Source of the DNA: Lytechinus pictus
Taxonomy: Eukaryota
Length of the DNA: 64,000 nt
Assembly (NCBI RefSeq): GCF_037042905.1
Contig: NC_087245.1
Coordinates: 29,824,001-29,888,000 of the forward strand
Reading direction: 5' to 3'
Part shown: one piece after another, positions 1-11,009 of the stretch
How the letters are laid out: the number at the start of each line of letters is the position of its first letter
How positions within the stretch are numbered: the first letter of the stretch is position 1
Notes under the pieces: model-generated
Seen by the model: the letters and a program-made list of their open reading frames with translations, nothing else
Databases searched by the model: none
What the model was told of the DNA's origin: nothing
Program-made: the position numbers and the translations under genes

Positions 1-399
1 AAATCGATGTCGCAGAGATCAGTCCTTCATGTTTATAATTCCATGGAGCTCAATAAATGGCTCTCCTTATGCCTCCGAATTTGCTTTCCTAGACACACTC
101 AATTTTATAAAATGCTCAATTGTTGTAGATTGTTATTAAAATTGTAAATGCAACAGCTGTGTAGCTATTAATTAATCTGTGGTGAAACTAGGCTTGGGTC
201 ATGTACAAAAATATCGCGCTCCTCAAAAAAAAATTATAAGTAGGGTGTCCGAACTCATATTAGGCCTAAAAAAAGTGCTAGAATTTCATATTTTACATCT
301 TTAAAACCATTAAATCACCATCTCTTTTCAATAATTCTCATAATAGAAGATACACAAAGACCCCAAAAGAAAACTTGACATCTGAATTACCTAACTTAC

Positions 400-577
400 A
401 GCCTCCTCATATGGAGGGCAGCAACGAAGTATTCGGATCTCCACTCCTGAGTCCTGGCGGTTCTGAGCTGGGCCTTCTTCTGGAAACTACCGCCCGGTAC
501 CCCAGGTCATGTTCACTGACTTCATCTCCTCCTCGAGGCTCAGTATGACTCCAGGTGGTTTTGGGTCTCCCTCTCTC
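400..577 (-). mobile_element. 3'-end fragment of an RTE-clade LINE, bounded by splice sites (probable exonised exon)
   Basis: The minus strand encodes, across frameshifts, GRPKTTW...EEEMKSVNMTWG...KKAQ.NRQD..W...FVAALH, typical of the RTE ORF C-terminus. It is flanked by acceptor tttcag (583-578) and donor gtaagt (399-394). Confidence 0.6.
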
Positions 578-1140
578 CTGAAATACACAGTCAAAAAGTG
601 ATAAACAGCTATTCATGAAAAAATCAGACTCTTAAAATGGTGGAAAAAATAATGAATTTCGATTTTCGGCATTTCAAAATCTCATCAAAATCCTCAAATC
701 GTGTGTAAAGTGATTGGTGCGCAGACACGAGGCGCTGGCCACTATCATAATGTTAAATCTGAAATTGAAAATCATAACTGGCCGAGTCTCAGATTTTTTC
801 CAAGACCAAGAAAATCAGTTTCACATTCGATCACATATCTCTCTCATTTACTTATAACAATATATGGAACAATATCAACTGAAAGATTTTGTGAAATAAA
901 AAGAAATTCATGTTAAATCTTAACACAAATCGTAAGGTCAATATGATGTATGTGCGCAGACTTGCACCGGCATGGCAGCCACACATCCACGCCCGGCTAG
1001 TCGCGGCCGGCAGGCAGCGCTGAGGGGCAGTAACAGGATGTCCTGACGAACTCTAACGTTACAGCTAGCCCCGCAGCTAGCTGCGAGCCGCGCCATTTAA
1101 CAAACTACGAAAAGAAAATCATAGAAAATTGTTAACTTAC

Positions 1141-1430
1141 CTGTAGAGCCTACTGCGAATGTCTTAGCTTTCAAGTCATTGTCCAAATCTGGTCCGTGTG
1201 ATTTCAGTGGTTGAATTATTATTAAAACGGCCTTCTTTACCCTTCTTTATCGCACTAGCACTCGATAAAAGTGCGGTGCAAATTAACGGCGCGGCGAAGA
1301 TGGCTCTTTCAAATTCAAATTAGATTGGCGGTTTGCGTTTGGCGGCGCTGGTTAATTTGCATAATTATACGGACGATATCGATCAGTGGCACTCAGTGCG
1401 CATGCGCAGGCCCGCCCGCGCCCGGTGATT
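1141..1430 (-). promoter_or_regulatory. CpG-rich promoter and probable first non-coding exon of a minus-strand transcript running off the left edge
   Basis: CAG|GTAAGT donor at 1140; YY1-like AAGATGGC ~1297; two TTTGAA (CHR-like) on - strand ~1308-1319; CCAAT (attgg ~1324); E2F-like TTGGCGG twice; octamer ATTTGCAT; NRF1 palindrome TGCGCATGCGCA 1397-1408; GC box. Confidence 0.6.
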
Positions 1431-2717
1431 GAAGGAAGATCTGCTGAGTCAGGAATAACGAAATACGAACTTCTTAACATACAAATTTCTTCTTGTTTGG
1501 TTTTGGTTGGCAACCAGTCAAGAAATGACGATTTTTGCCTCTGCTTTTGGAGCTTTTTTTTTTCTTTGAAAGTTTAAGAATGAATTAGCTTAATATTTGT
1601 TCTTTATTTCTATTTTATTTATTTTCTTTTTATTTGAAAGATAAAGATAGCCTTGCTTAACATGGCAAGGTTGTAAACTAGCAATAAATATGCGCGTTAT
1701 AAATAGAAAAAAATAGCTATTATATTCACCTTCAAAAATATTTTTAAAATATCAGTGAGTTAAAAAAAGAAAAATACATTAATTTTTATGTGATTTGTAA
1801 AAATAGTGTAAAATAGTCCTCTTTAACTTAAATTAGAAAAAAGGGATTAAATAGGAAGAAATTTTTTTCTCGCAACAAATATCTAGGATAACAATTTTTT
1901 TAATGTAAACTAGAAAATTTCACTGAGAATAACATGTTTCGATTTAAGTTATATGGTAATATCGAACCACATACTTTAATGAAACTTTTCAAGGTGGAAA
2001 TATTAAAATTAACATAAAGAATAATTAAGTTAGTTATTATGTAGATATTTTTTTCCTCTTATCCTCAATCGAGCTGTGTATAGGATGGATAAATGCATGG
2101 CATTTATTGTGGTAAAAGGCTGAATTACATGAATTTGTACAGAGCAAAATTTCAGTAAACAAATAAGCAACAAAAAAATAACAAAGTATACTAATGTATA
2201 ATATTGGAAAGGGGATACAAAAAGAAAAGTATACAGGGGGGGGGGGGAGTAATGTCAAAAGCAGGAACGGGCAAAGGTTGGGAGTAGGCTAAATGTATAT
2301 ACCTTTAACATAATGAACATTTTCACATAAATATATATTTAACCAATATTGAATGAATAACAATACATGTAGATTAAAGAGTGGATTGTATGAAATAATA
2401 CTTGCTTTTTTTTAAGAAAAGTAACGCTTTGTTGATGGTAACAATAATAATAGTTATAGGAAACACATTCATGAATGATAATCATAAAGAATTATCTCAA
2501 AAGGAATTAAAAACAAAGATAAGAGGACTTTGAAGTAATATGATCTGTACAAAAAATATAAATATTAATGTAAAGTGGGTTACAGCTATATTGAGCCAGT
2601 GACTTGTCGGATAAGAAATTTGAATGATTACTGCAGATATCAACAATTACAAAAATATTTCAAAAGTCAGTTTAAGAGAAGCGACAAATAAAACAACAAA
2701 GGTATGAAAACATAGTT

Positions 2718-2719
2718 AT

Positions 2720-2750
<31 letters not shown>

Positions 2751-2826
2751 AACTCTGTTGGAAATAAATACAATGCATTACCACTATGCCTCTAATATAC
2801 ATATATATATATGTATATATTATATA
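2718..2826. repeat. (TA)n microsatellites
   Basis: Two runs of tatatata visible directly. Confidence 0.9.
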
Positions 2827-2829
2827 CGG

Positions 2830-4072
2830 GTTCTTACTAGAATCAACTGGTAAGTCCTATTGGTTCTAACTGGTATCATTTGGTTTGATATTCCAGTATG
2901 GTTAATGGGTTTCAAGTGGGTTATGGGTGGCCTATGGGTTCCAACTGGTATAATCTGTTCCAGTTTGGTTTATGGGTTTTAACTGAAATCAGCTGGTAGA
3001 TATATACTGGTAATGCCTATTGGTTCTAACTGGTATCAATTGGTTTGATATTCCAGTATGGTAAATGGGTTTCAAGTGGGTTATGGGAGGTCTATGGGTT
3101 CCAACTGGTAAAATATGTCCCAGTTTAATTGATTTATGGGTTTTAACTGGAATCAACTGGTAGTATACCAGTAATGTATGTTGAATTTTAACTGGTATCA
3201 ATTGGTTTGATATTCCAGTATGGTTAATGGGTTTCAAGTGGGTTATGGGAGGTCTATGGGTTCCAACTGGTAAAATATGTTCCAGTTTGGTTTATGGGTT
3301 TTAACTGGAATCAACTGGTAGTATACCAGTAATGTATGCTGGTTTAACTGGTATCAATTGGTTTGAAATTCCAGTATGGTTAATGGGTTTCAAGTGGGTT
3401 ATGGGAGGTCTATGGGTTCCAACTGGTATAATCTGCTCCAGTATGGTTTATGGCTTTTAACTGGAATCAGCTGGTAGATATGCCAGTAATGCCTATATTG
3501 GTTCTAACTGGTATCCATTTGTTTGATATTCCAGTATGGTTAATGGGTTTCAAGTGGGGTTATGGGAGGTCTATGGGTTCCAACTGGAACACTCTGATCC
3601 AGTTTGGTTTATGGGTTTTAACTGGAATCAACTGGTAGGTATACCAGTAATGCATGTTGGTTCTAACTGGTATCAATTGGTTTAATGATATACCAGTATG
3701 GTTTATGGGTTTAAGGTGGCATTAACTGGTATATACACCCATTGGGTTTCTATGGGTTCCAACTGGCATCAAATGGTCCAGTTTGGCTAATGGGTTTTAA
3801 ACTGGAATCTATTGGTAGATAAACCAGAAAGGCCTATTGGTTTTAACTGGTATTAACTGGTGTACTAATTTATACCAGTATAGTTAATTGGTTTCAACTG
3901 GAATAAACTTGTATGTTTTCAGCATGTCCAGTTGAGACAATGGGTTTCAACTGGAATATACTGGCATGGTGGGAGTTTACCAGTTGTGCCAATTGGTTTC
4001 AACTGGTACCAGTTGACTCCAGTTGAAACCAGTTAAAATTTCAACTGGTTTCAACTGGTTTTTTTACCTGGG
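2830..4072. repeat. Tandem satellite, ~160-bp unit built from AACTGG/CCAGTT sub-motifs, about 6-7 copies, decaying rightwards
   Basis: ttccagtatggttaatgggtttcaagtgggttatggg recurs at ~2890, 3050, 3212, 3369 and 3528. Confidence 0.9.
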
Positions 4073-4074
4073 TT

Positions 4075-4287
4075 GTGACACAGAATTTCAGAAACCTAGC
4101 TGACATCGAGGCACAAACTGGACCCTCAAAAAAAGGAAAAGTTAGACCTCCATGTCGCGTTTGATCTCTGTATCGATCGGCCATTTTATTTTCAATTTTG
4201 AAAGAAGGAGAACGAACGAGACAGAACTTTTCCTTTTTTGACTGGGTCCAGTTAATTTGTGCCTCGATGTCAAGATTCTGTGTCACG
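4075..4287. mobile_element. Small MITE-like inverted-repeat element
   Basis: gtgacacagaat...gacatcgaggcacaaactggaccc mirrored by gggtccagttaatttgtgcctcgatgtc...attctgtgtcac. Confidence 0.6.
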
Positions 4288-4689
4288 ATAGACCTTCATC
4301 CATATAATCGAGGTAAGTGCACAATTTATATTTACCCCTTTTATTTGGAGTGCTATTGCGACCCCATTGGCCATTCTACCCCATTTTGGAGAGTACCTGC
4401 TGCCTAATAATATTACACGGACGAGTCCTGGCCGGGCTCCGGCCCGCTTCACTGGTCGGAGCTCCCTGGGTTAGCTTAGGAATACATGTCCTACTCCTAC
4501 TTACTTTATTTCTAAAATTACAAATACAAGTTAATTACAAACACAAGCTGACACAGTCAAGATCAACTCCCAAGTGAATAAGAAACTTCAAGTGGTCATC
4601 CATGCATCCATCCTTTACTTGTTTAGGCCATCCCAGATCTCATCTCTCACTCAGTCTCAGTGGTAATACTGCAATGTAATTGTAAACAA

Positions 4690-4831
4690 GTACACGTGGG
4701 TTTTGTCACGTGGGTGATAGCATGTCACGTGATGTGTGATGCTTCTGACGTCATTGAATCATTACACAATTTGCTAAATCGACCGGCGATCGAGGCAGCG
4801 ACTCTTTTGTCTCCAAATTTGTGATGTGAGT
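4690..4831 (+). promoter_or_regulatory. Candidate TSPO promoter and first non-coding exon: three CACGTG E-boxes, a CRE and a splice donor
   Basis: CACGTG at 4693, 4707 and 4726; TGACGTCA at 4746-4753; donor GTGAGT at 4826-4831; CpG-rich tract downstream. The TSPO ATG exon begins with an acceptor, so an upstream exon is required. Confidence 0.5.
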
Positions 4832-5359
4832 CGTATTTATTCATTATTTATTTATTGTATAAAGCTTATTTAAAAATATACATTCTATTAACCATCTCGG
4901 GCTTGCACTTTGTAAGCCTTTTTGGGACTTATACTTATAGTTATATAGGCATTATTTCGCATCGCCCGGTACTGCACTGTCTCGGGTCCGTCCGGGCCTG
5001 GGCGCGGCGCCCGACAAAATTACGGGAGCTACCGGTACGGTAGTGTCCCAGGGACGTGTGCTCCGCCCCGGCTGAAAGCGACAGTCCCACAGCACAACCC
5101 GCCCGCCAGCATGGCATCTGTTCTCTGTTGCGCATGGTCGGGGGGGGGGGGGGGGGTAGCCAGGAGGCTCCTACTCCCAAGTCCTAGACTAGAGAGTAAA
5201 ATCATTCACTTAAGTAAAGTCTAAAGACAACGTGTGCTTACTCTATCATAATCATGGAGCCAGGGATTGCGTCCCATACCTGTGTGGCTGTGCCTGTGGC
5301 ACTGTGCGTGTACTGAAATTTTGCCCCCGAGATCTTGTAGAAATGTCGAAATTGATGTT

Positions 5360-5768
5360 GAACTCCGTTGGCTCCACTCACCAATTACAGAGGCGAAGTT
5401 CTAACTCGATCTGTACAGGGACTAAATGGCCATATGTTTATGTATTAAGTTTGGATAAACCAGGGAAGTGGGAGCTGCGCGACAGCCGAAGTAAGTCACT
5501 GTTTTTCCCCTTTTAAGTTAATTTTTTCCCCGTTTTGGTGCATTTCAGGCCAAAATGGAATAATAATTTTTGTTTTGGCCCAGTTTTTATATATTTTAAT
5601 GAAATAAAGACAAATATCGATGAGCCCCGTCGGGGGGGGGGGGGGGGATTTTGCATTGTTTACCCCCTAATGGCGGCTGCACAATCGCGAGTCTTCTGTA
5701 TACGAGGAGATATAAAAAAAATTAACATGTTAAAAAACTCCTCGAAAGAGACGGCTGCCAGCTGTCTA
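5360..5768 (-). mobile_element. Internally deleted copy of the interspersed element at 23212-24115
   Basis: The reverse complement aligns with 23212-23553 and 24040-24115 (tagacagctggcagccgtct..., gacggggctcatcgat, ggtgagtggagccaacg). Confidence 0.7.
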
Positions 5769-6971
5769 ACAGTAGACTATGCCTGCATTCTCCACTTATC
5801 TGGGTTTTTTGGTGCTGTTCCCTTGGAAACTTAAAAAAGTGGCAATTTTGCCTTAGAATGCCTTAGAATGTGTGCTTATTTGGCATGAATTATCAAATCA
5901 ATGTAATTTTTTCACAGTAGGGGAGACCGGGGTTAGTTGGAACGTGGGGTAAGTTGAAACATTGTTATTTTCTTTAACGTCTTAAAATAAATTTCTGCAA
6001 TACTGCCCTCAATTTATTGTCATTATCAACAGCCATCCACCATATTACAGACAACACATGTGCAACAAGCCTGGCGACGTTAGAAAGGAATTTTTGTTTT
6101 TTTACCTTCTGAGTAATTTTTTTCTCTTTCAGAAATGTTTGATTATCTCAGAGAAGTTTATAGATCAAGTTGGCCAGTTTGGGGTTATAATAGACACTTA
6201 TTTCAAGCTACAAAATGAGGTTATTAATATGCCATGGTGAAGTCCCTTAATTTTTTGTGCTGTAAGCTTATAAACGTCAAATGGGCCTCCGGGGTTAGTT
6301 GGAACAAATTTTAAGGGGCTAGTTGGAACATGTTCCAACTTACCCCAAACATAATTATCAATAAAAACATTGGATATGAGAAAAAAATATATAAATTATT
6401 TCACACTCTTCTGAACATGTATTGTATACCATGCTTGTTTTGTTTATCAGTTAGGTCTGAGTGTGCATTTAAGGCCTATTGTAGGCCCCTAATGCAATAT
6501 TAACCCTTATCAAACTGGGGGGGGGGGTCAATTTGAGCCCTCCCCCCCCCCCCCGCCTCGAGAAATTTCGTCACTCCCCCCTCGCGCGAATTTTTTTTTA
6601 CTACACTGCTCGCTGACTTTTGCGATGCCTGTGTGCGCGGTTTCGAAATTACGCAACATTTTGTACATGCATGTTCGGATCCAAAATTGCTCAAAAACGT
6701 GATTCCATGTACAAGGTCAATGCAAATTGTGTTTTTCAACCAAAAGTCATAAATGTATGATTATTTTTTACTTTTGTTGGTTCAAATAGATTTATTTTAT
6801 GCTACATGTATTTATGATTGCAAAAGAGTCCCGACAAAGTTCATCGGAAAAAAACAAAGGTTTGAAAAAAAAAGAAAAAAAAAAGAAAAAAGATACATAA
6901 ATTATATTTTATGCAATTTTTGGTGGATATTTGTTATAAATGTGAAAATTGATAATCTCACCAAAAATTAG

Positions 6972-7545
6972 TGTAGAGTGGCCAAATGTTCAATGATACA
7001 CCTCACATAACCATTCGTAAAACAAGCAAACTCAAATCATATCAAACAGCCAGAAGCACCAAATAAGAAGAACCTAAAATATAATGAAGCTGAACTAAAC
7101 TCAAAATAAAGATGTTGACAAAATGAAGTCCAGTGATGCTCTAATTTATTGGTCTGCAATCTAGACCTCACAAGGCATTGCCTTCACAAATTATATATTC
7201 AAATGTATTCAAAATAATGTCACATGATAAATTCAACCAATGGAGAAACAGAGAATGGGAGAACCCAGAAAAGTGGAGGAACCAAGGGTGAAAGGTGAAC
7301 CAATGAGGATGAGGTAAGATGATATGAATGAAGAAGAATGTTCTGAATGTAAATGAGAAAATAACAATAGAAACATGTGAAGCTGTATGGAGTTGGAATG
7401 GCAATGGAATGATGTGATGTAGAAACTAAGGAATGAGAGAAACAGGTGTGTGACAATGGTATGGAAATAGAAAGTGAAGAGAAGTATGGAAAGCAAATGG
7501 TGAAATAAACAATAAGATTAAATAAGGCAAAATTCAACTCTTACA
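6972..7545 (-). repeat. 3' LTR
   Basis: Direct repeat of 11010-11583 at constant offset 4038; AATAAA on - strand at 7145-7150. Confidence 0.95.
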
Positions 7546-7548
7546 TAA

Positions 7549-7563
7549 GCTTCCTTCTTCACT
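7549..7563 (-). other. Polypurine tract of the LTR element
   Basis: Minus strand reads ...agtgaagaaggaagctta|TGTAAG immediately before the 3' LTR. Confidence 0.7.
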
Positions 7564-8844
7564 AAAAATGTCCTCATTTTTATAAGTTTCAAATTGATAC
7601 CAAAAAAAAAAAATCGTCAAAAGTAATTTTCTGAAAACTTTTGGATTTACAAAATGAGGATGAGTACTTTCTTTGAGGAAGGAAATCTATACATTATTTT
7701 TGTACATATAAATATCTGCATTTTTAGTTGTTGCATCTGTCAGTAGAACAGTTAAAACTGGTTATCAATGATGATTAACCAAAATCAGAATATCTAGAAT
7801 TAAACATTCAAATCGGGGCCTTTTTTTTTGCCTCTTACAAATAAAAACAATATTCTTATCAATTCGAAGTGAATAAAAGAACTTACAATAGATGCTGTTC
7901 TTCTGCCATTTGCAATATAAGTTCATGAACATTCAAATAATCCGTTTGTCTTTCATGTCAATAAATATATACATGGCATCAGATTTGTTTTGTCACTTTT
8001 CAATATACATGTTGCCGACAGAAAGAAATATAACAACTTTTAAAAATGGATTTTGATACAAATTTAAGTTTGTGTCCATTTGAACTGACACATGGAAATC
8101 TTTTTTTTTTTTCTTCTTTCAGTTGTTAAAATAAATTCTGTAACAAATTTGGAACTAAGTGCATTTTGGTAAACATGGAAAAAAAATTGTATTCCATTTG
8201 AATAAGGGAAAGTATAATATATTTCTCTCCGTGCAAACAGAATATTGTTTGATGATACTAGATTGTCTTGCAGAAATTAGTCTTTTCTCTTTTATTTCCA
8301 AGGTATAACATAACTATAAAACATAATTCCTTTTGAATTTGGAATACTTATACATCCATTTTCCATATTTCTTTTTAGATATAAAAACAATTCCAGTTTT
8401 TTAAGTATAACTTTTGGAAAAGTTAAAAAAGTTGAAAAATACATACTTATCAAATATTTGAAAATGTGAAACATTTCAGTCAAAACTTTTTCTTGTTTTA
8501 AATCTTTTGAATTTTATTTGTTTTAAATCAGTATTATGTAATATTGTTGCTTTTCCAGTTTTCACTTTTGATTTGTTTAGTCTGCTAAAAGTTATTAAAA
8601 TAGTATTTTATCACATAAGAAAATAATTTGGACTATTTTCTTTCTTTTCACAAAAAAAATCATTCTGACTTTTGGTCTTAAAATGTGAGACTGAAAAGTT
8701 TCAATATTTTCTTACAAAACATTGCCATCTTCTTTTTTTCTCGTCTAGTCTTCTGCCCATCATTTGAGAATATAGTGATTGGTAGTTGACATCTGTGGCC
8801 ATACTTCAGATCTTGAAGCAAGTCCATGTAGTTCGTAATGACTG

Positions 8845-10554
8845 TCAGCTTGGGTTGGTACCGAGTGTGTATGAAGACGTACAGGTTTGGAGGTGAGCGC
8901 CAGGGTTGATGGTACCCTGACCTCCCTTCCAAGAAGAAGGATGATACTCTGCTTTGGAGATCTCAGAGAGAATGAAAGAATCAGAGTTAAAGGTACTCCG
9001 ATCATTCATCCACGAAGGAGGGTGAATGCTAGAATGGGGAGAAAAATGTGGAGTCTTGAAGTTAGGGTGATTACTGTAGGTGAAAGGAGACTGGTGAAGG
9101 ATGAAGTTGGAGGCATCATCTTCTATAGGAGACTCAACGATGCTGAAGTCATCTCCAGAGGTAGACTTGATATTGCGAGAGTCAGCTTCTGTGGAAATCA
9201 TGCAGACATTTGAGTCGATATCTTTCGAGGAAGACCTGGGTTTCTTCTGGTAGTTGGATTGTTTCTTCCCAGTCTTGGACTTTTTCTTACTTGGTCCATC
9301 TTTGAATTTTTTCCTTGGTTGGCAAGATGTTGGGTGTAATAACTTGGTTCGGCAGTCTTTGAAGTCTTCCTGTGGTTGGTATGATGAATGGCTGATCCGG
9401 GAAGAAGGCTGGTTACCATTGCTTGCGTATTGGTTGGGATGACAAAGATTGCAAGTCTTGCAAAAGTTCAAGATGTCTTGGTGCATGAATGGCCAGAATA
9501 GTTCAGACTTGGCTTTCTCCAGGGTCTGATCAATGTCAAGGTGCTCTGCTGACTGATGATCATGGAGAAGTGGCAACATCTCTGGAATGAGATTCCTTGG
9601 GATGACCGCTTGGAAGATCTGTTTCACTTTCTTTCTGTCCATCTTGGATCGATAGAGGATGTCATCTTTAACGCAGAAACGAGGTAGTTGCCATAAGTAA
9701 CGTCTAACTCGTGGGTGGTATTGACGAATCTCTTTTGGCGAAAATCTTTGTCCATCAGTTACAGTCTCTCTCAGTTTCCTTATTTCTCTGTCTTTCATCT
9801 GATGTTCGAGAATTTTCAGTTCGAGGCTGGTGAAGGACTTAGCTGGATGAGGACTTCGTTGGTTGATTGAGATAGGTCTGCTGTCAGTGGTTTTCTCCAG
9901 ATCGGTTTGGGTACCTGCAGAGACTGATGAAGGAAGCATGGGTGTGATGACTGAAACTATTGCTGGAGGAGGCTGAAAATTGGTAGGTGTATGTTGCCCG
10001 AGTTGGTGCTCTTGTCTGTTAGAGGGGGCATTCCTCTTGGCTTGGTGTCTTAGAGGGCTCGATAAACTGAGCTGAGGTTGTTGATGTGAGTGCTGGAGTC
10101 TCTCTAGCTTTTCTTCTAGTTTCTCTAGACGAAGGAGGACTTGCTGGAGCACTTCACCTACATTCCTTAAGGCAGCAACCCGAGACTCTTCATCTGGTGA
10201 TGATTGCGATGAAAGGGAGTGGTCTGGTTCGATGAAGGTTGCTTCACTCTTGGAATGCGCATCAAAATGTTTCTGGTTGGTAGAGTTGCTGGATGTCTGG
10301 AAGTTGTTCGGGTTGCCTCTTCCAAAAATCGCAGATAGGACAGTCTTAGCTTCATGGAAGTCTTTCTGTCTAGATTCTGAAAAGCTCTCCCAAACTTGCA
10401 AGGCGGAACCTGCTAGACACGAGGGAAGGAGGACATGTATACGGCTAGGCGCATCAGGTACCATCTCTACGGCGACTTCAAACCGTCTGACCCATTGTCG
10501 AAAATCTTGCCCATCATCTCCTGTGAACGCCTCTGGTAATTCAATGTCAAACAT
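8845..10554 (-). CDS. Retrotransposon ORF (569 aa from the ATG): Gag capsid-like N-terminus, coiled coil, integrase HHCC zinc-binding domain, basic/Ser-rich tail
   Basis: N-terminus PEAFTGDDGQDFRQWVRRFE...LAGSALQVWESFSE...DFHEAKTVLSAIFG is Gypsy Gag-like; LLRLEKLEEKLERLQ is a coiled coil; VIPRNLIPEMLPLLHDHQSAEHLDIDQTLEKAKSELFWPFMHQDILNFCKTCNLC is integrase H2C2; PPSWMND resembles the Gypsy pol C-terminal motif. First ATG is at 10554. Confidence 0.88.
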   Translation of the reverse strand: MFDIELPEAFTGDDGQDFRQWVRRFEVAVEMVPDAPSRIHVLLPSCLAGSALQVWESFSESRQKDFHEAKTVLSAIFGRGNPNNFQTSSNSTNQKHFDAHSKSEATFIEPDHSLSSQSSPDEESRVAALRNVGEVLQQVLLRLEKLEEKLERLQHSHQQPQLSLSSPLRHQAKRNAPSNRQEHQLGQHTPTNFQPPPAIVSVITPMLPSSVSAGTQTDLEKTTDSRPISINQRSPHPAKSFTSLELKILEHQMKDREIRKLRETVTDGQRFSPKEIRQYHPRVRRYLWQLPRFCVKDDILYRSKMDRKKVKQIFQAVIPRNLIPEMLPLLHDHQSAEHLDIDQTLEKAKSELFWPFMHQDILNFCKTCNLCHPNQYASNGNQPSSRISHSSYQPQEDFKDCRTKLLHPTSCQPRKKFKDGPSKKKSKTGKKQSNYQKKPRSSSKDIDSNVCMISTEADSRNIKSTSGDDFSIVESPIEDDASNFILHQSPFTYSNHPNFKTPHFSPHSSIHPPSWMNDRSTFNSDSFILSEISKAEYHPSSWKGGQGTINPGAHLQTCTSSYTLGTNPS

Positions 10555-10992
10555 GGTTAAACCTATGTCATCAAATAACTTGACACTGCTGAAAAGGGTA
10601 GGCAATTAAGACTAGAAAATCCCAGAATAATTTCAGAGTGCTGGAGAGGGTTGAGCATATACACATGAAGGAGGATGTGACGTAGTTCTAAACAGCTACA
10701 AACATTTCAGAAAGGACTTCAAAGTTATGGTAGCACAGCTTAAATGGAAGCAAGGCTGAAAATAACTGTTTCATCAAGCAGCAGTTTACAAAACCAACAT
10801 GAAGAAGGGTGACTAGTAAAGGCTATCTATGATGAGAATAACAGGATTATACAGGCAAAAGGCTTACCACAGAAATAAGAGCTGGAACTAGCTGAATAGA
10901 TTGAGTATTGAACTTGACGAAGGATGCTAGGGTGTAAAAATCTTGAAGAAAGGGCGTGGCAGGCTCGGAGTTTCCTGGGTAAGACAACAGGA

Positions 10993-11007
10993 CCACCGCT
11001 GCTACCA
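10993..11007 (-). other. Primer binding site
   Basis: TGGTAGCAGCGGTGG two nt after the 5' LTR; resembles the complement of tRNA-Leu (one mismatch) or tRNA-iMet (first 9 nt) 3' ends. Confidence 0.8.
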
Positions 11008-11009
11008 GT

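Noticed and set aside
7168..7537. Duplicated hydrophobic ORFs (also 11206-11575)
   Set aside because: They lie in the LTRs and arise from purine/pyrimidine strand bias.
8678..8932. Second overlapping retrotransposon ORF (env or frameshift product)
   Set aside because: Short, no recognisable motif, signal peptide or TM segment, and no slippery site identified.
8845..10554. Domesticated host gene (Arc/PNMA/GIN-like)
   Set aside because: It is still enclosed by identical LTRs with PBS, PPT and TSD, so it is a recently mobile element.
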